Shown here piece by piece: positions 21,063 to 31,115 of a stretch of DNA of 64,000 bases. Source of the DNA: an uncultured bacterium. GTDB taxonomy: Bacteria > Oederibacteriota > PGYV01 > CAWJRG01. The stretch's first letter is position 1. Each line of letters starts with the position of its first letter. The notes beneath the pieces were generated by a model, which saw nothing but the letters and a program-made list of their open reading frames with translations, had not been told where the DNA came from and searched no databases. The stretch lies in the NCBI GenBank assembly GCA_963845185.1, contig CAWJRG010000009.1, positions 736,001-800,000 of the forward strand. Direction: 5' to 3'. The position numbers and the translations under genes were made by a program.

Positions 21063-22318
21063 ACGGTCACGGTTTGTGTGCTGGTTGGCGAACATATTGG
21101 GGTCGCAGTTGATGTGGGTGTAATTGTCGGTGAAGGGCCTATTATTTCATAAAGATGAACGTCATATGCCTGGAAGCTGTCGGAAAACGAACCTCCTGTC
21201 AGTTGCACTTGCCTGCTTTCGCCAAGCACATTCACGCTGTTATCCGGGAGCGGTACAGTGAATGTCCCTGTCGTAGTGTTGCCTCTCATTGCCGCAGCAA
21301 ATATATAAGTAATGCCGCCTTTCTGTTTTACCATTGTGTCTATTGGCACCGTGGTATCACTTGAACTGTCAACCACAAGATTTTTGACTGTATTGGTATT
21401 TAAAACCGGCGCAAGCGCAAGTACCTGCTGGTTGATTGCGGAAACTGCAGCCAGCATCACAGGATCGTCCAGCAATGCCTGGTCGTCCTCTGTCGGATAA
21501 AAGCTATGGCAGAAATAACCAAAACCTGCTGCGCCGTGAATAAGCGCCATCCATACTTCGGACCTGACCTGGCTGGTTGTAGGCTTGGCAACTGAAGTAG
21601 AGTCAATAAGCGTGGTTTCTATCCAGCACCAGACCGGCTTTGTGTCGCCTGTCCAGCTTCTTAAATTGTCAATTCCCTGCGGCACGTACCATAACGGGTA
21701 ACCGCTATTTACCGGATAAATATCAAATGAAATAATATCTCCTCCCTGGCTGTATTGGGCGTACATTGCTGTGTCCCCTGTGCAGGTGCCGCGGCCGTAA
21801 TAGCCTGTATTTGAAGCGCCCTGGCCAAAGCCAAGGTAAACAGGCCTTGTAGGGTCATTTGCGGTCCATGTATTGTAATTCTGCACAATAATACTCGGGT
21901 CAATGCATGGAAGATACCCGCCGCTGCCGTCTGGCTGGGCATTATCAGGCTCATCCGGCTGTATCCAGCCCATTATGGTCTTGTTGGTTAGATTTGCCAG
22001 TCCTACAGCGTTCTGGTCGCAAAGAACAGGCATGCCTGCGGCTGCCAGCGTAGTAAGGTCGGTTTGAGCAGGACCGTTCCAGATGCCTATAAAAAGCGTG
22101 ATGCCTGCGTTTTTATAGCCAGTTGCTGTTGACGGGTCCTGCAGCCAGGCTGCGATTGGAAAATAATTTGGGTCAGATGGGATGCCATTGGACCATTTTG
22201 AGTAATATGCAGGGATATTATCCATAGAGTAAATTGGCATTATGAAAACCGCAAAAGCAGCAGCCATAAACGCCGCAGTTATAAATATCCTGCCTGAATT
22301 TTTTCTTATGGTTTTCAT
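20747..22318 (-). CDS. Secreted putative glycoside hydrolase with Pro/Thr linker and T9SS-like C-terminal domain
   Basis: Signal peptide; GWIQPDEPDN, SFDIYPV and WIET suggest a clan GH-A-like barrel; C-terminal NNVLIYPNP...SGLYYYIL...GVFIVLK; start uncertain. Confidence 0.75.
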   Translation of the reverse strand: MKTIRKNSGRIFITAAFMAAAFAVFIMPIYSMDNIPAYYSKWSNGIPSDPNYFPIAAWLQDPSTATGYKNAGITLFIGIWNGPAQTDLTTLAAAGMPVLCDQNAVGLANLTNKTIMGWIQPDEPDNAQPDGSGGYLPCIDPSIIVQNYNTWTANDPTRPVYLGFGQGASNTGYYGRGTCTGDTAMYAQYSQGGDIISFDIYPVNSGYPLWYVPQGIDNLRSWTGDTKPVWCWIETTLIDSTSVAKPTTSQVRSEVWMALIHGAAGFGYFCHSFYPTEDDQALLDDPVMLAAVSAINQQVLALAPVLNTNTVKNLVVDSSSDTTVPIDTMVKQKGGITYIFAAAMRGNTTTGTFTVPLPDNSVNVLGESRQVQLTGGSFSDSFQAYDVHLYEIIGPSPTITPTSTATPICSPTSTQTVTVNTGFTVNNVLIYPNPAIAGKDALYVHMDMTQQPQSVSIKIYTAGFRLVKDKTWPATSITGNYNVSFSQGELGNFASGLYYYILIAEDSTGRKIKSKPGVFIVLK

Positions 22319-22390
22319 GATTAATATCATCTCCACTAACATTTTTTACCACATAAAAAATCAGAGCACAGGATGTTATCTTGTCTTGCT

Positions 22391-25300
22391 TTACCTGCTC
22401 CACCCGACCGATACAGGCTCAACTTTTGCGGCATCGTTTACAGAGCCATCGTATGTATAAACAATCTTAGCATGGGGGTTGGTATTTATATAATTTTGGC
22501 TTTGCATGTATTGCGCGGCGGTCGGGAAATCGCCGGTAATGTAAAAATTTGTAAATTCTTTATTTCCGTTGCCGAAATACATGACATCATAATCATTATC
22601 CGTCACACCTTCTCCTGTTGGGTACCGTGGAAATGCGCCTGCTCCGCTGAGATGATAAGGCTCAAGATATATACGCACCATAGTGTCTTCGTGGGGCCTT
22701 AGTATGGGGCATGTCTGGCCTATTACCGGCGCAAATACATCGTAAATCGCCGTGTCATTTTTGGCATAGTCCAAAGTATAGCCGTTTAATCCGTACTCAA
22801 AATGATTAATGTAGTCAAGCGAGGTTGTAAGTGCCGCGTCAGAACCGACAGCATAAGGGTTGGGGCTGGTATAAAATATCCCTGCCAGCGGGTCATAGCT
22901 GTTGGCGTACATGTTATTGTAATTAAACTCAAATGTGACTTCCAGATCAAAAGTTCCTGCCACTGTATATTCGTTGGAGTCATTGGATAATTCTACGTCC
23001 ACATAAGCGGGCCTGTAGATATAATCAGGGTCGAGTTTTAAAAACGGGGCGCCTACAGGATTTGGCGCTCCACGGTTTGCCGAATTGACTATCTGCTGTG
23101 CAAGGCCCTTTGAACCCTGGACAACTTTGTTTACAGCGTCTTCAGTCATCTGGTCGGCAGGAACTCCTGCTTCTGTCATGGCTGTTTCAGCAATATAATC
23201 AATGCTCATGCTGGATAAGTCGTCAAAATTCGGTATTGACGGCGGCAGCCCAACCACAACCAGGCCGTAATTGACCATGCCTTCCAGTATGGTTTGGAAA
23301 GCACCTTTTAGCGAATCAATCGGGCACAGGTCAACAACAAAATTTATCAAATCGCTTTTTAAGTCAGAATAAGCAGCGCTTATTGTATCCACCAGTTGAT
23401 CCGCTATACTCCACAGGTCCTTAAAAAAGTCGACAACATCGTCCCAAAGTTCCTCATACCATGATTTGTTTTCAGGCACAGGCGGCGGGAAATATACTTT
23501 TGTCCCTATGTTCAGAACCTTTGGAATTTCTATCTGCTCATACTGCTGTTTGTTTGTGATACCAATGCTTTGATAATATACCATGGTGCCAATATCAGAG
23601 GTGTCATATGGATACAGAATTACCTGCGTATCCACGTTTTGATAGGAGCATGTTATTTCGTCGGCAGTTGGCATCCTGTAGACAATATAGTGGCTGAAGC
23701 TGTCCTGTGCCTGCCATTGTATTGGAGTGTAGGCTTTTATTTTTATAGTCGGCAGCGACTTGCCTATTATCTGCAATACCGGCGTAGGCGTGACATAAAA
23801 TGTAAAATTTGAAGTCCCATAACCGTATTGGATTATCACAGTATTGGTAATTTCCTCGTCAATATAACCGGGCATGCTTGAATTTTTTATTATAAGCCCG
23901 CGCGCGTAATATGTTATGTACTGGTTGTTTTGCATTTCAGAAACCTGCTTGGCGAAAGTGCCAAACGCGGCAAACAACGAGGACGGGTACTGGCCAATGG
24001 GAAAACCAGACGGCGCGCCTGACTTGTCCACGGGCAGATTCTGGACTTCCTCATACAGCAAACCGCTTGAGCCCGGCGTGTCATTATCCGTGGTAAATGG
24101 CTTGTCTGAAATCTGTAGCACTATCTCAGCTTCTGTGTTGTCTGCCCCGTGAAAATAAAATACCCTCGGGTCAGCGTTGTTGTGCGGATCCATAGAAATA
24201 CTGTCGCGCTTTGAGGGCGGGTCCTGGAACTCACCGTGATATTCTCCTAAATTGCTTCGGCCCGGCGTCCACAGCTCATATGTTGTGGATATTTTACCTG
24301 CTGAAGCCTGATTTACCAGTTGTTTGCCGTAGATTACCGCTATTCCTTTAGCCGGGTCTCCGATTGGTTTTCCCGTAGCGTCTACAGGCACTGCCCTTAC
24401 ATAATAGCATTTATGATTTTTTCTGAAGTGCTCAGGGGTTACAGTGCCTGTCTTTTTAAGAAGAGCGGTATTCACTATTGAAGTTTTCAAGATTAAAGGG
24501 TCAGAAAAATCCACTGAAAATTCTTTTGCTGTCGCAGGCACCTTGCCTGTTTTTAAGAGCCCTGCCGGATTTTTCCAGGTTTTTACACCGCCGCTGAACT
24601 GCACATCAGCGACCTGCCAAACAACATTTGCTGCCTTTGGGGCGTTTTTCAGGTTAAAGGTAAACCATTTCTTTTTATCGCCTTTTTCGTCGATAAAAGA
24701 TCCGAAAGTTGCGCTGGTATAAATTGATTTATTCACCGGTATTTTTATTATGGCAGGCTTTGGCAGAGATTTTGCCGTAGCTGTCGGGCCTCCGGGAGAA
24801 ATTATTTTTTCTACAGAAAGCGGCTTTTCCTCCGGCTTGCCGGCGCCTGCCGCGGCAAAAAGCTGAATGCGGGAATCATACTTTGGGAGAAAATAATTGT
24901 TATCCTTTGCGCCCTTGTAATATTTTGTCAATTCGCTGTCTTTTTTAAACTGCATTTTTTTATAGCGCAAAGTTTTCTTTCTGCCGGGAGGCGAAGCTTT
25001 TTTTGTTTGCTCGGAAGTATATACAACTATGCCTGCGCCGAAAAATGGCCCTGATATGTCCGCTGTTTTCTCATTGAACACTTTTTTGGGAATAGAATTA
25101 AATGTTTCGTTAAAAGGCGCCACATTAGGGTATTTGACGAGGAATTCCCCTTCCCTGTACCCTCCATAAAGTGACAATCCAAAAATGTCATTAAATAAGT
25201 ATTGAAGCCCCAGCTTCAGGTTGCCCCCAAAACTATAATCAGGCGAGTTGAAAAAATATTTTGAGCCTGAAAATTCCTTAAAGCTTATGCCAAGATCGGT

Positions 25301-25792
25301 AATTTCAGTCTGCCCGGCCGGGGTTTGGTTTGGGTAAATGTGATAGTACATCCCCATCTGGAAAAAAAATCCTGCGTCAGCGCCGGCAAATAAAGACAGG
25401 CCCGACGCTAGTTTGAGGTAATAATCCGCGCCAAACCCTGCGTAACCAGCCGGTATATTCAGATTGCTGTAGGCAAAATTCACATTGTCAGCCTGGTATG
25501 TGGTCTTCATTCCCGGGTTTAGATATGAACCTGTAAGCTTCAGGTCAAATGCATCGCATAAAAAATATTTAAGTGAAGCGGAGATATCATAAAGATTATT
25601 TTCATAACTCGGGGTTGCCTGTATTGGGTGCAAGACCGTCAGGTCTGCAATATAAGAAGTTGCAAAAGTATCGTTAAAATCCTTGGGGTTAATAAGACCT
25701 ATGCCGCCGTTGATTTCAAATCCGATTTTTGAATAGACAAGCGAAAAAAGGAAAACAAGAAATAAGGCTGCGATTAACAATTTTTTATTCAT
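22391..25792 (-). CDS. Large exported protein: N-terminal outer-membrane beta-barrel-like domain plus uncharacterised C-terminal region
   Basis: Signal peptide; amphipathic strands (GYAGFGADYY, FGGNLKLGLQY, SGPFFGAGIVVY); Lys-rich linker; acidic helical segment with GLPPSIPNFDDL. Confidence 0.7.
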   Translation of the reverse strand: MNKKLLIAALFLVFLFSLVYSKIGFEINGGIGLINPKDFNDTFATSYIADLTVLHPIQATPSYENNLYDISASLKYFLCDAFDLKLTGSYLNPGMKTTYQADNVNFAYSNLNIPAGYAGFGADYYLKLASGLSLFAGADAGFFFQMGMYYHIYPNQTPAGQTEITDLGISFKEFSGSKYFFNSPDYSFGGNLKLGLQYLFNDIFGLSLYGGYREGEFLVKYPNVAPFNETFNSIPKKVFNEKTADISGPFFGAGIVVYTSEQTKKASPPGRKKTLRYKKMQFKKDSELTKYYKGAKDNNYFLPKYDSRIQLFAAAGAGKPEEKPLSVEKIISPGGPTATAKSLPKPAIIKIPVNKSIYTSATFGSFIDEKGDKKKWFTFNLKNAPKAANVVWQVADVQFSGGVKTWKNPAGLLKTGKVPATAKEFSVDFSDPLILKTSIVNTALLKKTGTVTPEHFRKNHKCYYVRAVPVDATGKPIGDPAKGIAVIYGKQLVNQASAGKISTTYELWTPGRSNLGEYHGEFQDPPSKRDSISMDPHNNADPRVFYFHGADNTEAEIVLQISDKPFTTDNDTPGSSGLLYEEVQNLPVDKSGAPSGFPIGQYPSSLFAAFGTFAKQVSEMQNNQYITYYARGLIIKNSSMPGYIDEEITNTVIIQYGYGTSNFTFYVTPTPVLQIIGKSLPTIKIKAYTPIQWQAQDSFSHYIVYRMPTADEITCSYQNVDTQVILYPYDTSDIGTMVYYQSIGITNKQQYEQIEIPKVLNIGTKVYFPPPVPENKSWYEELWDDVVDFFKDLWSIADQLVDTISAAYSDLKSDLINFVVDLCPIDSLKGAFQTILEGMVNYGLVVVGLPPSIPNFDDLSSMSIDYIAETAMTEAGVPADQMTEDAVNKVVQGSKGLAQQIVNSANRGAPNPVGAPFLKLDPDYIYRPAYVDVELSNDSNEYTVAGTFDLEVTFEFNYNNMYANSYDPLAGIFYTSPNPYAVGSDAALTTSLDYINHFEYGLNGYTLDYAKNDTAIYDVFAPVIGQTCPILRPHEDTMVRIYLEPYHLSGAGAFPRYPTGEGVTDNDYDVMYFGNGNKEFTNFYITGDFPTAAQYMQSQNYINTNPHAKIVYTYDGSVNDAAKVEPVSVGWSR

Positions 25793-25936
25793 GATATCAA
25801 TTCCCTCCTCTTTGATGATTTGGAAAGCTTAAGTCAATAAATATATTATAACATATAAAAATATTATTTCACTCAAAAGATAAATTCTTCCCTGTTAAAT
25901 ACTCCTTTCACTTCTTCTCCTTTTGGGGGAAAAATA

Positions 25937-27060
25937 TTATTTTCTTCTTAATAATGGTTTTCTTATTATTATGGCTTTATCAGGGCATATTTCCTGGCAT
26001 ATAAAACAGCTTATGCATTTATTGTAATCGCAGTCAATGCGCTTTTTTTCATTGTTATAGACGATAGCATCCACAGGGCAGGATTTCACGCACTTCAGGC
26101 AGGCAGTGCATTTTTCTTTTATGTAAATCTGTTTTGGGGATAAAGGTCCTTAGCAAAATTTTTCAAGAAGTTCGGGAAAAACGCTGCCGATCCGCTTCCC
26201 TCTGCGACAGGCTTGAACTTCTTTCCCCTGACATTTTCTATTTTCTCGCCGAGTATGTTTACTTCAGGAGCCCTGCCATTGTTAAGGAATTTTTTATACA
26301 CAAGGTTTGTCCAGACTTTTTCCGGGTCAAGCCCTGCTATCTGCGGCATTACATGGTCTATGGCAAAACCGTCCTGGCCCATTACAATAACGCCTGTGTT
26401 AATCGGGTCCCCGCCTCCGGGGCCGTTGCCTTCCATGCCGATAATCCCGTCCACAATGTTCATGATTGGCGGTTTTGCCCTGTAAAGGTCAACCAGCATC
26501 TTGGCAAACAGCATTTTTTCCCTGCCCGCGCGTAAATGATAACCTGCTTTGCTGGTGCCGGGTATGATGCCGAACATGTTCTTGATTGCGAGCGTCATAT
26601 ACATGAGCCCGTGGGTCTTGAATTTAGGCAGGTTGATTATCTTGTCGACTTTGTTAATAATGCCGTCCACTTTAAAGGTCTTGTAGTTCAGCGCGTTTTC
26701 ATTCCTGATTTCTTCCTCTTCTTTAAATTCAACAATAGTTACATTCTCTTCCTTTGCCACCTGTTCATAGCCGCATTTTTTCGCGCCTCCAACGAATGAC
26801 CCAAAACCCGGGCTGTCGCCAACCATGATATTTGAAGTTTTATCCTTTAATATCCGGATGACAGCTTTCAATACTACAGGATGGGTTATTATTGCTTTTT
26901 CAGGCACTGACGGCGAAAGGCAGTTCACTTTCAAAAGTACTTTTTCATCCTTGCCGATGAATTTATCCAGGCCGCCGAGCATGTCAAACCCTTCTTTTAT
27001 TGCTGCTTTAACTTTTTCAAGGTCGTACTCTGTACACTTTTTTATAACGATATTTTCCAT
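25937..27060 (-). CDS. DUF362 protein with C-terminal 2x[4Fe-4S] ferredoxin domain (one frameshift near 26143)
   Basis: LLKVN, THP, GDSPG, INLPKFKTH, DGIIGMEGNGP. Adding one T at GAC CTT T(T)A restores CTACLKCVKSCP...CISCFICQEICP, ending at TAA 25937. Confidence 0.85.
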
Positions 27061-27138
27061 AAAGCTCCTTTTTATTAGAAATTGAATTTTAAAATTTAGG
27101 CATGTCTGATAATAAAACGAATATATTTTTAGGTTGTT

Positions 27139-27894
27139 TTACCACCGGCTATTCATTTGCTGGAAGCTCTTATCCAAATCCGCCCGCGACATTTTTGTCC
27201 ATTGCTCTGTCATGCCGTAAGTAATTTCAAACGTATCAGTTTCCAGTCCTTTCATGACGCCATCCACAAATACTTTCGGCTCAAGGTTTGCCTTATAACC
27301 GCCTCTCTGCGCCCTTCCTTCAGGGTTCAATTCCGTATCCACTCCCGGAGGGATAATCTCAAATACTTTTATCCCGGTATCTTTCAACTGTTGCCTGAGG
27401 CACATGGAAAAGACGTGCAATCCTGCCTTGGTCGCGCTGTATATAGGCATCTTGGCTGCAAACACAAACCCGAGCCCTGATGAGACATTAATAATAGCCG
27501 CCTCTTTCTTGCCGGTTAAATGCGGGATAAAAAGTCCTGACAGGATAATTGGCGCTTCCAGATTAATCCTGATTTCGTTTTGCCCTGCCATGAAGTTTTC
27601 TATGCCTTTTTTAAAGTCAATATCGCGCTGGATTCCTGCGTTATTCACCAGTATGTTCAGGTTGCCGAACTTGCCTGTTGCCCACTCAACAAGGGATGCG
27701 CGGTCCGCCTCCGACGATATATCGCAAACTTTTATATGCAGTTCAGGATGTATTTTTTGCGCCTCAAACAGCCTATCTTCCCTGCGGCCGCATATAAGAA
27801 CTGTATTTCCAGCATTTAAAAAATATTCTGCCATGGCAAGCCCAATACCCATTGACCCGCCTGTGATTAAAATAGTATTTCCTGACATTTTCAT
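27139..27894 (-). CDS. Short-chain dehydrogenase/reductase (DltE-like)
   Basis: TGGSMGIG, NNAGIQ, NVSSG, YSATK. Confidence 0.93.
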   Translation of the reverse strand: MKMSGNTILITGGSMGIGLAMAEYFLNAGNTVLICGRREDRLFEAQKIHPELHIKVCDISSEADRASLVEWATGKFGNLNILVNNAGIQRDIDFKKGIENFMAGQNEIRINLEAPIILSGLFIPHLTGKKEAAIINVSSGLGFVFAAKMPIYSATKAGLHVFSMCLRQQLKDTGIKVFEIIPPGVDTELNPEGRAQRGGYKANLEPKVFVDGVMKGLETDTFEITYGMTEQWTKMSRADLDKSFQQMNSRW

Positions 27895-27927
27895 AATAGT
27901 AAACCTCCTTAAGGTTATTGTTTTTAT

Positions 27928-28412
27928 TTATCTTTTTTCAGGATATCCGACTGTCTGTCCAAAAAGCGCGCGCTGATTAGGCCTTAATTTTAACTTTTCT
28001 GAAAGCCCTGCCTTGTCGCAATTGTGGAACCACGTAGCCAGGCCCTGTGAAGCAGCGAACAAATATACATTTCCTGCAATCAGGCCGGTATCAACGTAAT
28101 AATATGCCTTTTGTATATCCGGGTCATGCAGCCCTGGTTCCTGAAATCCTGCCTTGCTGAACCTGCTGTTATTCCCGGAATCCCAAAAGGGCCTTTCTTG
28201 CGGTTAACCTCTCAGGCGGCCCAGAGAAGGTTTGACAGCATCTGCGGTGAAATCTTTTTATCACCGATTTCCCGTGTTGTCTTTCTTTCCTTAAGTGCCG
28301 CAAGCATTGGCTTGCTTTTGTCGATCGTGGGTTTCAAAAGCGCAATAGCATGCATTCCTTTGCCGGCATTACAAGGAGTTGTTTTTAAAATTTTCTTGTT
28401 TTTGGGCATCAT
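27928..28412 (-). pseudogene. Nitroreductase-family (SagB/ThcOx-like) pseudogene
   Basis: 5' part ALKERKTTRE...LSNLLWAA*EVNRKKGPFG contains an in-frame TGA. 3' part, in another frame, reads VDTGLIAGNVYLFAASQGL...GQTVGYP. The middle of the domain is missing. Confidence 0.85.
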
Positions 28413-28472
28413 TTTTTACACCTCATGAATTTTTTGGAATTTATAAAAATATACTGATAAATAATATTTTAT

Positions 28473-29465
28473 TTATGGATGGAATTTTTCAATTCTGTCA
28501 TTCCCATTGTCCACAACATAAACGTTCCCAATGCTGTCCACTGTTATTCCGAAAGGATTATAAAAATATCCGTTGCCGTTCCCGGCATTTCCCCATTGCG
28601 TTAAATATGCCCCTGTACCTACAAATTCCTGGATTAAATTATTATTTGTGTCCGCAACATATACGTTCCCGCTGCTGTCTAATGCTATTCCCCATGGGCC
28701 GTTAAACAACCCGTTCCCTGCTCCGGAACTACCCCATTGCGTTATATATGCGCCTGCATTGCTGAATTTTTGAACCCTGTTATTCTGCGTGTCCGTGACA
28801 TAAACATTCCCGCTGCTGTCTACAGCCACTCCCCATGGCTTATTAAACAGCGACGGGCCGTTTCCGCTATTGCCCCATTGTATTAAATATGTGCCTGTAT
28901 TGCTGAATTTTTGGATGTTGTTGTTATTAAAATCTACGACAAACACATTCCCTGTAGCGTCTGCTGCTATTCCAACAGGCCAGTTAAACTGCCCATTGGT
29001 GCTTCCTTGAGAACCCCATTTTGTTATATATGCGCCTGTACTGCTGAATACCTGGACCCTGTAATTATATGTATCTGTAACATAAACGTTACCGGTGCTG
29101 TCCAATGCTATTCCTTCAGGGTTATTAAACTGCCCGTTGAGATTTCCCTGGCTGCCCCATTGCGCCATAAATGTCCCTGTCATGCTGAATTTTTGAACCC
29201 TGTTATTGTTTGTGTCGCAGACATATACATTACCGCCGTTGTCTACTGCTATTCCATACGGCGAAAGAAACTGGCCATTGCCAAAGCCCTGGCTGCCCCA
29301 TTGTGTTATGTACATTGCGGTCATGGTTGCTGTTTGATGCGCCTGGGCTGTTGCTGTAGCATTAGGGGCTGATGTATCTGCAGGTGAGGATTTATTGCAC
29401 CCTGAAACAACAGAAATAGTTATAAATAAAGCAAAAAGAAATAATGGGATTAAAAATTTTTTCAT
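28473..29465 (-). CDS. NHL-repeat six-bladed beta-propeller lipoprotein
   Basis: Lipobox VSGC; six 47-aa repeats QWG..G.GNG.F..P.GIA.DS.GNVYV.D..NNR.Q.F. Confidence 0.92.
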   Translation of the reverse strand: MKKFLIPLFLFALFITISVVSGCNKSSPADTSAPNATATAQAHQTATMTAMYITQWGSQGFGNGQFLSPYGIAVDNGGNVYVCDTNNNRVQKFSMTGTFMAQWGSQGNLNGQFNNPEGIALDSTGNVYVTDTYNYRVQVFSSTGAYITKWGSQGSTNGQFNWPVGIAADATGNVFVVDFNNNNIQKFSNTGTYLIQWGNSGNGPSLFNKPWGVAVDSSGNVYVTDTQNNRVQKFSNAGAYITQWGSSGAGNGLFNGPWGIALDSSGNVYVADTNNNLIQEFVGTGAYLTQWGNAGNGNGYFYNPFGITVDSIGNVYVVDNGNDRIEKFHP

Positions 29466-29625
29466 GTAAGCCTTTCAGTTAAAATTAGCATACTACAATT
29501 ATAATTTCATGAAGGCATTTCGTCAAGGACAAAAAATTTTAGAGTAAATTTATCTTTATTTCTTTTACTTGTTTTACTTTTAAAACCGGAACAAATTGCG
29601 CATTAAAACCTTGGCAGGCAATGGA

Positions 29626-30456
29626 CTATCCCCAACTAGCAACATATTCCCATCCTTCTTTACCTTGAATCCCGCCTCCAAGTTTCCATACCCCTTTTAC
29701 CCCTGCCTCTTCAGCAGCAACGTCAAAATTGCATATTCCTATGCCTATGTCCATGAGCTGGAGGTCTTCTAAGGGCGCGCGCCGGTAATTCGGCGTGCGT
29801 TCGAGGAATATATGCAGCCTGTCCTTGTCCTTTATTACCCTCCACGGCTGTTTATTAGACGCGGACGGAGCCAGGCGCAAAGCTTCCAAGGGAATCTTTA
29901 GGCTGCCCGCAGAATCCTCTGCTAGTGGTATGCTGGGATCCCCATTAAAGTATATTTCCTTCCATGGTTTCCTTTTATCTGCCGATACAAAAAGCCTTGT
30001 GCTTATATCAGCAGCGTGTTTATTTTTTGCAGCGTACCCCAAAGCGGATATCGCAGCTACAACCTCCCCCGGTTTTGCGTTTATTTTTTCCAGGAAACCA
30101 GCCCTGCTGAAGTTCCCGCCAATCCAGCATGTTCCCAGGCCGAGTGATGTTGCAGCGAGTATGTTCTTTTCCATTAAATAGCCGAAATCCAGCACTGCAG
30201 CAGGAGAACTTTTTATGACGCCTGCGATAAAATACTTTGGCCCTATTATATTGCCGTAACTGGCCAGTTTTTTTAACTCATCCTGGCCTGCGCCGGTCAG
30301 GTCAATGATTTCAAACCTTACATTTGTGCCGAAAGGCCCGGTACTATTTGACCCGATAAACGAAACAAGCATTTCTTTGACTTCGGGTGCAATAGGATTG
30401 TCTGTATAAGTCCTGATGGATTTTCTTTTTCTGATATCTTCGAATGTTATTTTCAT
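29626..30456 (-). CDS. Nitroreductase family protein (two-domain)
   Basis: IRKRKSIRTY, LGLGTCWIGG, LAPSASNKQPW, DIGIGICNF. Confidence 0.88.
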   Translation of the reverse strand: MKITFEDIRKRKSIRTYTDNPIAPEVKEMLVSFIGSNSTGPFGTNVRFEIIDLTGAGQDELKKLASYGNIIGPKYFIAGVIKSSPAAVLDFGYLMEKNILAATSLGLGTCWIGGNFSRAGFLEKINAKPGEVVAAISALGYAAKNKHAADISTRLFVSADKRKPWKEIYFNGDPSIPLAEDSAGSLKIPLEALRLAPSASNKQPWRVIKDKDRLHIFLERTPNYRRAPLEDLQLMDIGIGICNFDVAAEEAGVKGVWKLGGGIQGKEGWEYVASWG

Positions 30457-30488
30457 TGATTCCTTTAGGTTTAAGTATTCAGAACCGT

Positions 30489-31049
30489 TTACCCGATCTT
30501 CTCGAACTCGTCCCATTTCCTGATATCTTCAGTTTCTCCATTGGCTAGATATTCGTAACTCGTTAAAGTATTCGGCAGCCCCAGGATATCGGAAAATGAC
30601 GCCAGCAGTTCAGTCGTAAAAACCATGTTTTTTACATTTTCAGGCTCAAGTAGTTCTTCTAAGCTGTTGATTTGCTCGCTGCTGAAAAGGCCTGAAAAAA
30701 CTACGGGATTTCCTTTTACCTTTTCTTTTTCATCTTCAGATACTTCGCCAAAATAGTCAGGATTGGAATTGTACTTGTCGATCAACCTGCCGTCTTTATG
30801 AAATGAATATATAAAAATGTCGTCGTCATGGACTATCAATTGGAGCATCTCGTTTTTAATTTCACCTGCCATTTCTTCCGATATTGTTTCATCCTGGCCA
30901 TGGTTATCCGGATATACTCCTACCCAGCCGTCAATTGCTGGTGAAATATAGAATTTCGTCCCGATTGATTTATTGATTTTCGTAAGGGTTTCTTTAATCT
31001 CACCCTTATACTGCGACTTTATAAGTATTGCTCCATAAAAAGCTCCCAT
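30489..31049 (-). CDS. Hypothetical protein
   Basis: 186-aa ORF with AGGAG RBS; acidic; motifs GWVGVYP, HDDD, YNSNPDYF. Confidence 0.7.
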   Translation of the reverse strand: MGAFYGAILIKSQYKGEIKETLTKINKSIGTKFYISPAIDGWVGVYPDNHGQDETISEEMAGEIKNEMLQLIVHDDDIFIYSFHKDGRLIDKYNSNPDYFGEVSEDEKEKVKGNPVVFSGLFSSEQINSLEELLEPENVKNMVFTTELLASFSDILGLPNTLTSYEYLANGETEDIRKWDEFEKIG

Positions 31050-31115
31050 ATGTTTCTCCTCTTTTGCCTCATTGTAAAAGCTTCAGAATAACTTAAAACA
31101 AGCTGTAATTCTATT

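Noticed and set aside
22330..22403. Spacer frame reading ...ALIFYVVK as the remnant of another CTD gene end
   Set aside because: Similarity is too short and the frame does not stop there; it cannot be distinguished from chance.
25915..25934. ctccttttggggga, similar to the hairpin at 47299-47320, as a REP-like family
   Set aside because: Only two short, imperfect copies.
28212..28214. In-frame TGA as selenocysteine or a recoded stop
   Set aside because: The same gene also has a frameshifting deletion, and TGA is the normal stop of intact genes here (HU, lpxB, waaA, recO).
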